Source: Escherichia phage FL12
Direction: 5' to 3' (one strand)
Sequence record: PP400786
Length of the DNA: 64,000 bases
This document shows positions 1 through 8,627 of this stretch, piece by piece. The notes under the pieces are model-generated. The model was not told the origin of the DNA and did not search any database. It worked only from the letters and a program-made list of their open reading frames with translations. Each line of letters opens with the position of its first letter. Position 1 is the first letter of the stretch. The translations under genes and the position numbers were made by a program.

Positions 1-43
1 ATAAATATCTCCTATTTCTAAGAGTATTTATGTTCTCAAAATA

Positions 44-115
44 TGGCCCTGGGTGGAATTGAACCACCATCTGGCGATTATGAGTCGCTTGCTTGAACCT
101 TCCAGCTACAGGGCC
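44..115 (-). tRNA. tRNA-Ile (anticodon CAU)
   Basis: Reverse complement folds as a cloverleaf: acceptor GGCCCTG/CAGGGCC, T-arm GGTGG-TTCAATT-CCACC, anticodon loop CTCATAA, 3' CCA encoded. A CAU anticodon would read Met; assigned Ile (AUA-reading, lysidine-type) from T-even phage knowledge. Confidence 0.8.
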
Positions 116-121
116 TTGATA

Positions 122-194
122 TGCTGATTGACGGAATCGAACCGCCGACGTCCTCATTACAAGTGAGGTGCTCTACCTACTGAGCTAAATCGGC
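122..194 (-). tRNA. tRNA-Thr (anticodon UGU)
   Basis: Cloverleaf on reverse complement: D-arm GCTC-AGTAGGTA-GAGC, anticodon stem CCTCA/TGAGG with loop CTTGTAA, T-loop TTCGATT. One C-A mismatch in acceptor stem; CCA not encoded. Confidence 0.8.
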
Positions 195-201
195 GAAATT
201 A

Positions 202-288
202 CGGAGGCGATAGGATTTGAACCTATGAGTCGCCGGAGCGAATGCCGGTTTTCAAGACCGGTGCATTAAACCACTCTGCCACGCCTCC
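202..288 (-). tRNA. tRNA-Ser (anticodon UGA)
   Basis: 87 nt with long variable arm; acceptor GGAGGCG/CGCCTCC, anticodon stem-loop CCGGT-CTTGAAA-ACCGG, T-loop TTCAAAT. CCA not encoded. Confidence 0.85.
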
Positions 289-290
289 AG

Positions 291-364
291 TCTCCGTGGC
301 AGGATTTGAACCTACGACATTCTGCTCCCAAAGCAGACGCTCTACCAAACTGGGCTACACGGAG
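291..364 (-). tRNA. tRNA-Pro (anticodon UGG)
   Basis: Acceptor CTCCGTG/CACGGAG, anticodon stem TCTGC/GCAGA with loop TTTGGGA, T-arm GTAGGTTCAAATCCTGC. CCA not encoded. Confidence 0.8.
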
Positions 365-376
365 TAAATTAAATTT

Positions 377-448
<72 letters not shown>

Positions 449-454
449 AAACTT

Positions 455-541
455 TGGTACGAGAAGTGGGACTCGAACCCACAAGGAAATCATTCCGCAG
501 CATTTTAAGTGCTGTGCCTTTACCAATTTGACCATTCTCGC
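455..541 (-). tRNA. tRNA-Leu (anticodon UAA)
   Basis: 87 nt with long variable arm; anticodon stem CAGCA/TGCTG with loop CTTAAAA, T-arm GGGTTCGAGTCCC, 3' CCA encoded (plus-strand tgg at 455-457). Confidence 0.85.
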
Positions 542-542
542 G

Positions 543-615
543 CTGGGAATAAAGGACTCGAACCTTTGCATCTAGCAGTCAAAGTGCTATGCCTTACCAA
601 CTTGGCTAATTCCCA
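543..615 (-). tRNA. tRNA-Gln (anticodon UUG)
   Basis: Acceptor TGGGAAT/ATTCCCA, anticodon stem TAGCA/TGCTA with loop CTTTGAC, T-loop TTCGAGT. Separated from tRNA-Leu by 1 nt. CCA not encoded. Confidence 0.8.
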
Positions 616-681
616 ATTATTAACAAAGGCTCTCAAACAAGAACCCTTGATGATAGAGGGTATTAATCAGTGCGGTATGAG

Positions 682-709
682 TTAATAATAACAAATAATT
701 CTTAAAGCA
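682..709 (-). promoter_or_regulatory. Putative MotA-dependent middle promoter upstream of the tRNA cluster
   Basis: Minus-strand TGCTTTAAG (MotA-box-like TGCTT) followed about 12 nt later by TATTAT. The same 28 nt recur at 60639-60666 upstream of gene 31. Confidence 0.55.
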
Positions 710-1217
710 AATTAAACATTTTAACGGTCGGCAAAACAATTTCTTCTTCTATATAAGAGTATTTAACACTCTCAACTACACGCAAAAAATCATAATCATA
801 ATACTCAGAAGCATTACCTAAAATATTAATAAGTCCTTCAAGCACTTTATTACCATTCACAAAGAATAAGTCAAATACGCGTTCTTCGTCTTCTTCGGAT
901 TTATTACCAAGGTCAACTTCTATATCAAAGACCTTTTTAATGAATTCTGGATAAAGTTGTTCTGAGAACAGTCCTTCAACCAAGTATTCATAAATAAAAA
1001 GCGATTGCTCGCTGAACAAGCCATTACCACAATAACGTTCAGCTTTAGTACTAGAATGTCTACTTTTAAACTTCTTTAAAAGATATTGAAATTGTAAGAT
1101 TTCATGCTCTTCTACGCCAAACAGTGTTTTAGTTTTATAGTTGTCACCATCATTTTCCCAGGTAGTGACATCAATTACGTAACCCTGTGGAATTGTAGTA
1201 CCTAAACAAATATTCAT
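702..1217 (-). CDS. Hypothetical early protein, 171 aa
   Basis: ATG-initiated ORF, start overlaps stop of upstream ORF (ATGA). Last gene of a four-ORF operon between the internal-protein genes and the tRNAs. No motif recognised. Confidence 0.6.
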   Translation of the reverse strand: MNICLGTTIPQGYVIDVTTWENDGDNYKTKTLFGVEEHEILQFQYLLKKFKSRHSSTKAERYCGNGLFSEQSLFIYEYLVEGLFSEQLYPEFIKKVFDIEVDLGNKSEEDEERVFDLFFVNGNKVLEGLINILGNASEYYDYDFLRVVESVKYSYIEEEIVLPTVKMFNLL

Positions 1218-1507
1218 TTGCTCACCATATTAATGTAAGTATATTCAATACATTCAAGACCCAAAGGATTCTTGAAAATATCATATTCAAGAGGACCTTT
1301 TTCCGTTTCAATAAAGAAATCAAAATTTACTGTATTAAATTTACGGTCTTCCTTCACTAATTTAACCTGAGAAGATGAACGGTCAATGTAAACCTTTTCA
1401 ACTTCAAAACATGTTAAAATGCCATAATCATCAATCAAGGCTTTAGCCGCGTCTTGATCATATTTATATCCATTTTCAATGGATGATACTTTAGCATAAA
1501 GAATCAT
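1214..1507 (-). CDS. Hypothetical early protein, 97 aa
   Basis: ATG start 2 nt after the stop of the upstream ORF; same operon. No motif recognised. Confidence 0.55.
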   Translation of the reverse strand: MILYAKVSSIENGYKYDQDAAKALIDDYGILTCFEVEKVYIDRSSSQVKLVKEDRKFNTVNFDFFIETEKGPLEYDIFKNPLGLECIEYTYINMVSK

Positions 1508-1509
1508 TA

Positions 1510-1890
1510 TCAGCCTTCATCAACAATAGTATGAGTGTGGGCATTTACAATTTGCCACCAATCAAAGCGATTAGAACCATACATCGGTTTGTTTTCATTT
1601 TCTTTGATAATATCACGGAGTTCATCTTCGGTAGCGGCTTTCGCGATTAAATCAGCATATCCACCACGAGGATAATAATTATCACCTGCAAAAAGTAAAA
1701 AGTTTGGTTTAATATTATTAAACTCTTCAAGAGTAATAACTGTTCCACCAGGTTGAACAATCTCTACATAACTATATCCTAATTTTTGAGCAGCATCTAC
1801 TGCTTCAAGCAGGGTATCATGAGCCCATCCAATTTGGCAATCTGGCTTTTCAGATGGATTAGCCTGATAATCCGCGTACACTTTATACAT
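1510..1890 (-). CDS. Hypothetical early protein, 126 aa (ORF track shows a TTG-extended 137 aa form)
   Basis: First ATG at 1890 is preceded by AAAGGTGA; the track start at 1923 is TTG. Protein begins MYKVYADYQ. Function not recognised. Confidence 0.6.
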   Translation of the reverse strand: MYKVYADYQANPSEKPDCQIGWAHDTLLEAVDAAQKLGYSYVEIVQPGGTVITLEEFNNIKPNFLLFAGDNYYPRGGYADLIAKAATEDELRDIIKENENKPMYGSNRFDWWQIVNAHTHTIVDEG

Positions 1891-1891
1891 T

Positions 1892-2077
1892 CTATTCACC
1901 TTTAGAAATTTTATCCATAACAATAGCGATTAAACCAATTAAAAATGCTACTACAAGTGAAAACGCATTTTCTGCTGTAGTTAATAATCCGCATATAAAT
2001 CCAACAAACATTGAAAAACTAAAAGCGGAAGCAGAAATTGCAATAGCAACATTTCGAATTAATTCACAACGTTTCAT
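1892..2077 (-). CDS. Small predicted membrane protein, 61 aa
   Basis: ATG preceded by GAGGAG; two hydrophobic stretches (VAIAISASAFSFSMFVGFICGLL and FSLVVAFLIGLIAIV). First gene after early-promoter cassette A. Confidence 0.55.
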   Translation of the reverse strand: MKRCELIRNVAIAISASAFSFSMFVGFICGLLTTAENAFSLVVAFLIGLIAIVMDKISKGE

Positions 2078-2100
2078 TTTATTCTCCTCGGCAGTTGATA

Positions 2101-2135
2101 GGGTAATAATATCACTACCCTATTTAAAAGTAAAC
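2101..2135 (-). promoter_or_regulatory. T4-type early promoter (cassette A) with inverted repeat around the -10
   Basis: Minus-strand GTTTAC (-35-like), ~18-nt spacer ending in TG, then TATTAT; inverted repeat AGGGTA...TACCCT brackets the -10. Confidence 0.6.
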
Positions 2136-2147
2136 GGTTTTTATAAA

Positions 2148-2456
2148 CTATTTTATTCCGCGTGATGCAATTGTGTTCTGTCGTTTAACACCAGTTTGTT
2201 TAAAGTCATGGTCGTCAATTTGATCGGTACGAGCAACTCCGAATGATGATTTGATTTTAGCTTTAGATCCTTTAGTTATAGAAATAAACATCTCGGAAGC
2301 CCCTTTCTTAAAGTCCGAGGCGATTACTTCAACGCCGTTCTTAGCAAGTGACTTCAGAATTGCCTCCGCATACTCATCGTCAAGACTCGCCTGAGTATTA
2401 ATAACGAATGTCTTTGGCGCAGCCGCTTCATTGATAAATTCTTTAAATGTTTTCAT
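2148..2456 (-). CDS. Candidate capsid-targeted internal protein, 102 aa
   Basis: N-terminus MKTFKEFINE-AAAP resembles the T4 internal-protein capsid-targeting sequence (MKTYQEFIAE); basic C-terminus; own early promoter and AAGGA Shine-Dalgarno. Confidence 0.65.
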   Translation of the reverse strand: MKTFKEFINEAAAPKTFVINTQASLDDEYAEAILKSLAKNGVEVIASDFKKGASEMFISITKGSKAKIKSSFGVARTDQIDDHDFKQTGVKRQNTIASRGIK

Positions 2457-2485
2457 TTTATTTTCCTTATTTTCCTAATTAATTT

Positions 2486-2525
2486 TGATGAGGTAATAGT
2501 ATCACAACCCTATTTAAAAGTAAAC
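2486..2525 (-). promoter_or_regulatory. T4-type early promoter (cassette B)
   Basis: Minus-strand GTTTAC, ~18-nt spacer ending in TG, then TACTAT; shares a 39-nt identical leader (2467-2505) with cassette C (2800-2838). Confidence 0.6.
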
Positions 2526-2798
2526 TCATTTTAAATAAATTGCGTATTTTTTATAACCCGCTGACTCATGACGAAGACCCTTATCATTAGCAAAACGCTC
2601 AATGTTGTTAATTTGATTCTGATCAAGTTCAGAGATGTCAAACACGAAAAAGTTACGTTTGTTACCAACTGTTATATAGTCAGTTAAATCAATATCATAT
2701 AGGTAATTGATGTCAGCAATCAAAGTCTTGACAGCTTTGCTAATTTTTACTTTTTCGTTAAAAGCAGCTTCAGCAATAAATTCTTGATACGTTTTCAT
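2526..2798 (-). CDS. Candidate capsid-targeted internal protein, 90 aa, at the ipI position next to 57B
   Basis: N-terminus MKTYQEFIAE-AA matches the T4 capsid-targeting sequence exactly; predicted prohead-protease cleavage after Glu10. Whether the body is IPI itself or a variant cannot be decided without alignment. Confidence 0.7.
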   Translation of the reverse strand: MKTYQEFIAEAAFNEKVKISKAVKTLIADINYLYDIDLTDYITVGNKRNFFVFDISELDQNQINNIERFANDKGLRHESAGYKKYAIYLK

Positions 2799-2819
2799 TT
2801 TATTTTCCTAATTAATTTT

Positions 2820-2858
2820 GATGAGGTAATAGTATCACTACCTCATCAGTACGTAAAC
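2820..2858 (-). promoter_or_regulatory. T4-type early promoter (cassette C) with 9-bp inverted repeat
   Basis: Minus-strand GTTTAC, 17-nt spacer ending in TG, then TACTAT; perfect inverted repeat GATGAGGTA...TACCTCATC (2820-2847) brackets the -10. Confidence 0.6.
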
Positions 2859-2870
2859 AACTTTGTGAAA

Positions 2871-3567
<697 letters not shown>

Positions 3568-3568
<1 letters not shown>

Positions 3569-4293
3569 TATAGTACCTTTAGTGTATTTTTAATTTTAGA
3601 AAAAAGTTCTTCAAGAGAACCATCGTTTGTAATTACTAAATCGCCATCACGAATTGGCAATCCAGCTTCTGTAATATGTGTATCATTGGATTTTTGACCA
3701 GGACGAACTACATGAATTACTGTAGCATCCATCGCCCTAGCCGCATCCATTTCATGATCTTGACGAGTATCAGGAACGATATAATAATCATAACCCGAGT
3801 TAAATTTATCAAGATAATCTAAAGCAAATAATTTTACCCAGTACATGCGGTCGAAGTTATTAACAATCAAATCCGTACCTAGGGCTTGCATCAGACGACG
3901 GACTGACCATTGATCTTCAATATTATTTATAACGTCAGCAATTTTGTTAAATGCTACGAAATTAACTGATTCTTTTCCTTCGTCATCAAAAACAAACACA
4001 CCTTTAATTGGGCTTTTACCATTAAGATAGCAAAATGCTTGTTCCATAATCGTGATTACTTCTAATTTAGTCAGATTTAAATTAGTCTCACGATCATAGT
4101 CAATTCCTTCAAACTCTTTACGAGTTAAGCAAGGATAGTCAGTGTTTGCTGCAAATACTCCCCATGCATAAGCCAATGCGTCCTTAATAGGACCAGCAAG
4201 TTGGTATTTAACTGCAGAATAATTGCTCATGATAAAATCAGCAGTAGTATCTTTTCCACTACGCTTTACACCGCTTAAAAAGATTAGTTTCAT
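3568..4293 (-). CDS. 1: Gene 1 deoxynucleoside monophosphate kinase
   Basis: 241 aa from the first ATG (GAGGAG Shine-Dalgarno); P-loop GVKRSGKDT near N-terminus. The track's 254-aa form starts at TTG. Confidence 0.9.
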
Positions 4294-4342
4294 GTGTTTC
4301 TCCTCAAATTTAATTAAGATTATAACACACAAAACTGAAGCA

Positions 4343-4873
4343 TTAAACTTCTGCTATAATTTTTCCATCTTTTTCTACTTGAAAATAGGTGTAAGGAATC
4401 GTAGCTGTACATACTAAAGCCGGGTCTGAATCTTCCGTGTAGCTAAATTCTACTTCAGATAGGTCAGAAACCCAAGGCTTATAAAAATTTATTGACATCA
4501 CGATTTCAGTTTTGCTATTATCTAAGATGTAAAGCGTGATGTACTCAGGACCTGTTTTTTGGGCAGTATTTTCACCTGTAAGATAGTTGCTAGTTCCTAG
4601 CATCCATTCATACATTCCTATCCATGACTTAAGTTCTTCATCAACTATAAATCTCACAATGAGTGGATCATACTCGAATGTAACACCAGGACGTTGTGCT
4701 CGGCCCAGTCCAAACGGCCCAGTCACGGTATCAGTAACAGGTATTCTAATTCCTGGAATAGGAACTGACTGAGCATTTAAAGTAAAAGCAGATGTAGTAT
4801 TACTATGTGGTATTGATACTACAAAGTTAGTTGTATTTGCTTGGTTAAAAATTTGTTGCAGAGCTTGCGACAT
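4343..4873 (-). CDS. 3: Gene 3 tail completion / sheath stabiliser
   Basis: 176 aa from ATG at 4873 (GAGGA Shine-Dalgarno); the 203-aa track ORF is a TTG extension. Synteny 1-3-2-4. Confidence 0.85.
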   Translation of the reverse strand: MSQALQQIFNQANTTNFVVSIPHSNTTSAFTLNAQSVPIPGIRIPVTDTVTGPFGLGRAQRPGVTFEYDPLIVRFIVDEELKSWIGMYEWMLGTSNYLTGENTAQKTGPEYITLYILDNSKTEIVMSINFYKPWVSDLSEVEFSYTEDSDPALVCTATIPYTYFQVEKDGKIIAEV

Positions 4874-4979
4874 ATATTCCTCATAATGCTTTATAACTGT
4901 TGGTGGTATAATGGGTCTAAGTCCCTTCCATTCAATTCCATTTAGAACAAACAACAGAAAAGAATGGAAGATAATAGAA

Positions 4980-5804
4980 TTAGATATTTGACCAGACTTT
5001 GTTTGCAGAGAAACGTTTTCCTTTGGAGTAGAAGCTTTGGAGTGGCATCAACACAACGTTCGCCCAGTCTTTCGGGGCGATTTCAACAAGGCTACCCATA
5101 ATATTACCAGGTATATATGCCTTAATCATTTGGTCTGCACCCCTAAATCCTTTCACTTGACTCCAATCAATTTTTAATTTCGTTTTATTAGTAATAGTAG
5201 GTGTATTTGCATATTGCTTTAAAAGCTCTTCTAGAAATTGCTGGCGAGCTTTAGGTGGAATATAGTGCAAGTTTAATCCGTACATTAAATTATGCTTACC
5301 TAAACCAAGGTAAATTATCAAAGGAAATTTATCCCAGTAAGGAAGAGTTTCCTTGTGTTTAGCATCATAAGCAAAAGCATATATTCGTCCCGGCTGCGGG
5401 CGAACAACTTTATGTCCTTTTACTTGCTTAATAGTTTCAGCAAACCATTTTCTGGTTTTATTATTAATTGCTGCGCCTTCATTACGAATTTTATCACGCA
5501 ATGTTTGCCTGAATGAATTTATCATAAGCAGTTGTCTTTCTTGCTTATTGAGTTTATTCATTGGTTTTGATTCAAGCTTTTGAATCTTTTCAGCTGTTTT
5601 AATTCCTGAAGCATATTTTGACATTGCCGAAGTAAACGTAGAGTATTTGATTCCTCTTTCTTCAGCAAATTGCTTTCCTGTCATTCCTTTTGCTTTGGCC
5701 TTTTTATATTCAAGACCTATCTGAATCCATTTCTTTTCGTTTAATGATTGCTTAACCTTTGGAACTTGGGGAGTGCTTTCATTAATTATTTGAAAAATAG
5801 CCAT
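4980..5804 (-). CDS. 2: Gene 2 DNA end-protector protein
   Basis: 274 aa, basic; ATG preceded by AAGGGGG; position between genes 3 and 4. Confidence 0.85.
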   Translation of the reverse strand: MAIFQIINESTPQVPKVKQSLNEKKWIQIGLEYKKAKAKGMTGKQFAEERGIKYSTFTSAMSKYASGIKTAEKIQKLESKPMNKLNKQERQLLMINSFRQTLRDKIRNEGAAINNKTRKWFAETIKQVKGHKVVRPQPGRIYAFAYDAKHKETLPYWDKFPLIIYLGLGKHNLMYGLNLHYIPPKARQQFLEELLKQYANTPTITNKTKLKIDWSQVKGFRGADQMIKAYIPGNIMGSLVEIAPKDWANVVLMPLQSFYSKGKRFSANKVWSNI

Positions 5805-6256
5805 TATGCCCCCTTAAAGCCAAGAGCTCGTAATCCATCTTCTGTTAGAATTCTAAATTTTATTCCACGCTTTTCAGCTAAAGATTGTGCTGCTTTCCAT
5901 TTGTCAGTGTTCACAGACCAGGTATAAATTTCATTCATAAATCTTTTCTTCGCTGCGGTTGTTAGATGTGCCGGTTTAACTGGTGGTTGTGTTTCTTTTT
6001 TAGGTTTTATTTCAATAAAAAATTCTTGCCCAGAAGAATCTTTCATCCAAATATCCATGAAGTATCTACGTTTTTTCCCTTCTGCATTACAAAAATAAGG
6101 AATTACTGCTGTTTCACTACCCCATGCAATAATTTCTGGATTTTTATCTAACCATTCAAAAAAGAATTTTTCCCAATTTGATCTATACGTAATTTTTTTA
6201 GGGTCACCTCTATACTTTGATATATTTTTAGGAACCCATTTTCCAGAATATGCCAT
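5804..6256 (-). CDS. 4: Gene 4 head completion protein
   Basis: 150 aa; late promoter TATAAATA about 27 nt upstream on the minus strand; diverges from gene 53. Confidence 0.85.
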   Translation of the reverse strand: MAYSGKWVPKNISKYRGDPKKITYRSNWEKFFFEWLDKNPEIIAWGSETAVIPYFCNAEGKKRRYFMDIWMKDSSGQEFFIEIKPKKETQPPVKPAHLTTAAKKRFMNEIYTWSVNTDKWKAAQSLAEKRGIKFRILTEDGLRALGFKGA

Positions 6257-6267
6257 TGGATTCTCCT

Positions 6268-6290
6268 TATAAATAGATAATATATTTATA
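6268..6290. promoter_or_regulatory. Divergent late promoters for gene 53 (plus) and gene 4 (minus)
   Basis: TATAAATA at 6268-6275 on the plus strand, 28 nt before the gene 53 ATG; reverse-complement TATAAATA at 6283-6290 about 27 nt before the gene 4 ATG. Confidence 0.75.
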
Positions 6291-6303
6291 AACAGGAGGG
6301 CCC

Positions 6304-6894
6304 ATGCTCTTTACATTTTTTGACCCGATTGAATATGCGGCCAAAACGGTGAATAAAAACGCGCCGACTATTCCTATGACAGATATTTTTAGAAACTATA
6401 AAGACTATTTTAAACGCGCTCTTGCGGGATACCGCTTACGTACTTATTATATCAAAGGTTCACCCCGCCCAGAAGAATTAGCAAATGCTATATATGGAAA
6501 TCCGCAGTTGTATTGGGTTTTATTGATGTGTAATGATAATTACGATCCGTATTATGGATGGATTACTTCACAGGAAGCTGCTTATCAAGCATCTATACAA
6601 AAATACAAAAATGTAGGTGGAGACCAGATAGTATATCATGTGAATGAGAACGGTGAAAAATTTTATAATTTAGTATCATACGATGATAATCCATATGTTT
6701 GGTATGATAAAGGCGATAAAGCTAGAAAATATCCTCAATATGAAGGAGCACTTGCTGCGGTCGATACGTATGAAGCGGCTGTTCTTGAAAATGAAAAACT
6801 TCGTCAAATAAAAATAATAGCAAAATCAGACATCAATTCATTTATGAACGACCTTATACGTATAATGGAGAAATCTTATGGAAATGATAAGTAA
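6304..6894 (+). CDS. 53: Gene 53 baseplate wedge protein
   Basis: 196 aa; late promoter upstream; overlaps the gene 5 start by 17 nt. Confidence 0.85.
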   Translation: MLFTFFDPIEYAAKTVNKNAPTIPMTDIFRNYKDYFKRALAGYRLRTYYIKGSPRPEELANAIYGNPQLYWVLLMCNDNYDPYYGWITSQEAAYQASIQKYKNVGGDQIVYHVNENGEKFYNLVSYDDNPYVWYDKGDKARKYPQYEGALAAVDTYEAAVLENEKLRQIKIIAKSDINSFMNDLIRIMEKSYGNDK

Positions 6895-8608
6895 TAACCT
6901 CAACTGGTTTGTTGGTGTTGTTGAAGATAGAATGGACCCATTAAAATTAGGTCGTGTTCGTGTTCGTGTTGTTGGTTTGCATCCACCGCAAAGAGCACAA
7001 GGTGATGTAATGGGTATTCCAACTGAAAAATTACCATGGATGTCAGTTATTCAACCTATAACTTCTGCAGCGATGTCAGGAATTGGAGGTTCTGTTACTG
7101 GACCAGTAGAAGGAACTAGAGTTTATGGTCATTTTTTAGACAAATGGAAAACTAACGGAATTGTCCTTGGCACGTATGGTGGAATAGTTCGCGAAAAACC
7201 GAATAGACTTGAAGGATTTTCTGACCCAACTGGACAGTATCCTAGACGTTTAGGAAATGATACTAACGTACTAAACCAAGGCGGAGAAGTAGGATATGAT
7301 TCCTCTTCTAACGTTATTCAAGATAGTAACTTAGACACCGCAATAAATCCCGATGATAGACCACTATCAGAAATTCCAACTGATGATAATCCAAATATGT
7401 CAATGGCTGAAATGCTTCGCCGTGATGAAGGATTAAGACTAAAAGTTTATTGGGATACCGAAGGATATCCGACAATTGGTATTGGTCATCTTATCATGAA
7501 GCAGCCAGTTCGTGATATGGCTCAAATTAATAAAGTTTTATCAAAACAAGTTGGTCGTGAAATTACTGGAAACCCAGGTTCTATTACAATGGAAGAAGCG
7601 ACGACTTTATTTGAGCGTGATTTGGCTGATATGCAACGTGACATTAAATCACATTCTAAAGTAGGACCAGTCTGGCAAGCTGTCAACCGTTCTCGTCAAA
7701 TGGCGTTAGAAAATATGGCATTTCAGATGGGTGTTGGTGGTGTAGCTAAATTTAACACAATGTTAACTGCTATGTTAGCCGGAGATTGGGAAAAAGCATA
7801 TAAAGCTGGTCGTGATTCATTGTGGTATCAACAAACAAAAGGCCGTGCATCCCGTGTTACTATGATTATTCTTACGGGAAATTTGGAATCATATGGTGTT
7901 GAAGTGAAAACCCCAGCTAGGTCTCTATCAGCAATGGCTGCTACTGTAGCTAAATCTTCTGACCCTGCTGACCCTCCTATTCCAAATGACTCGAGAATTT
8001 TATTCAAAGAACCAGTTTCTTCATATAAAGGCGAATATCCTTATGTGCATACAATGGAAACTGAAAGCGGACATATTCAGGAATTTGATGATACCCCTGG
8101 GCAAGAACGATACAGATTAGTTCATCCAACTGGAACTTATGAAGAAGTATCACCGTCAGGAAGAAGAACAAGAAAAACTGTTGATAATTTGTATGATATA
8201 ACAAATGCTGATGGTAATTTTTTGGTAGCCGGTGATAAAAAGACTAACGTCGGTGGATCAGAAATTTATTACAACATGGATAATCGTCTTCACCAGATAG
8301 ATGGAAGCAATACAATATTTGTACGTGGCGATGAAACTAAGACGGTTGAAGGTAATGGAACTATCCTAGTCAAAGGTAATGTTACTATTGTAGTTGAAGG
8401 TAATGCTGACATTACAGTTAAAGGAGATGCTACCACTTTAGTTGAAGGAAATCAAACTAATACAGTAAATGGAAATCTTTCTTGGAAAGTTGCTGGGACA
8501 GTTGATTGGGACGTTGGTGGTGATTGGACAGAAAAAATGGCATCTATGAGTTCTATTTCATCTGGTCAATACACAATTGATGGTAGCCGTATAGACGTAG
8601 GTTTATAA
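6878..8608 (+). CDS. 5: Gene 5 baseplate hub / cell-puncturing protein with lysozyme domain
   Basis: 575 aa; central T4-lysozyme-like segment (EMLRRDEGLRLKVYWDTEGYPTIGIGHL); C-terminal VxGxxxV beta-helix repeats (e.g. VEGNGTILVKGNVTIVVEGNADITVKGDATTLVEGN). Confidence 0.95.
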   Translation: MEMISNNLNWFVGVVEDRMDPLKLGRVRVRVVGLHPPQRAQGDVMGIPTEKLPWMSVIQPITSAAMSGIGGSVTGPVEGTRVYGHFLDKWKTNGIVLGTYGGIVREKPNRLEGFSDPTGQYPRRLGNDTNVLNQGGEVGYDSSSNVIQDSNLDTAINPDDRPLSEIPTDDNPNMSMAEMLRRDEGLRLKVYWDTEGYPTIGIGHLIMKQPVRDMAQINKVLSKQVGREITGNPGSITMEEATTLFERDLADMQRDIKSHSKVGPVWQAVNRSRQMALENMAFQMGVGGVAKFNTMLTAMLAGDWEKAYKAGRDSLWYQQTKGRASRVTMIILTGNLESYGVEVKTPARSLSAMAATVAKSSDPADPPIPNDSRILFKEPVSSYKGEYPYVHTMETESGHIQEFDDTPGQERYRLVHPTGTYEEVSPSGRRTRKTVDNLYDITNADGNFLVAGDKKTNVGGSEIYYNMDNRLHQIDGSNTIFVRGDETKTVEGNGTILVKGNVTIVVEGNADITVKGDATTLVEGNQTNTVNGNLSWKVAGTVDWDVGGDWTEKMASMSSISSGQYTIDGSRIDVGL

Positions 8609-8627
8609 ATAATTCCAGAGGTGAATT

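Noticed and set aside
44-115. tRNA with CAU anticodon read as an elongator or initiator tRNA-Met
   Set aside because: Position at the end of a T-even-type cluster favours the AUA-decoding tRNA-Ile; the sequence alone cannot prove the modification, so confidence in the amino-acid identity is limited.
682-709. The 28-nt perfect repeat (second copy at 60639-60666) considered as terminal repeats of a mobile element
   Set aside because: The copies are in the same orientation 60 kb apart with conserved core genes between them, and the sequence reads as a MotA-box promoter in front of two known middle-transcribed units.
4874-4954. N-terminal extensions in the ORF track for gene 3 (203 aa), gene 1 (254 aa), 11, 14, 20, uvsW.1 and the 30.3- and 30.7-position ORFs
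   Set aside because: In every case the track start is a TTG or GTG with no ribosome-binding site, while an in-frame ATG with a good Shine-Dalgarno lies a few codons downstream and gives the expected protein length.
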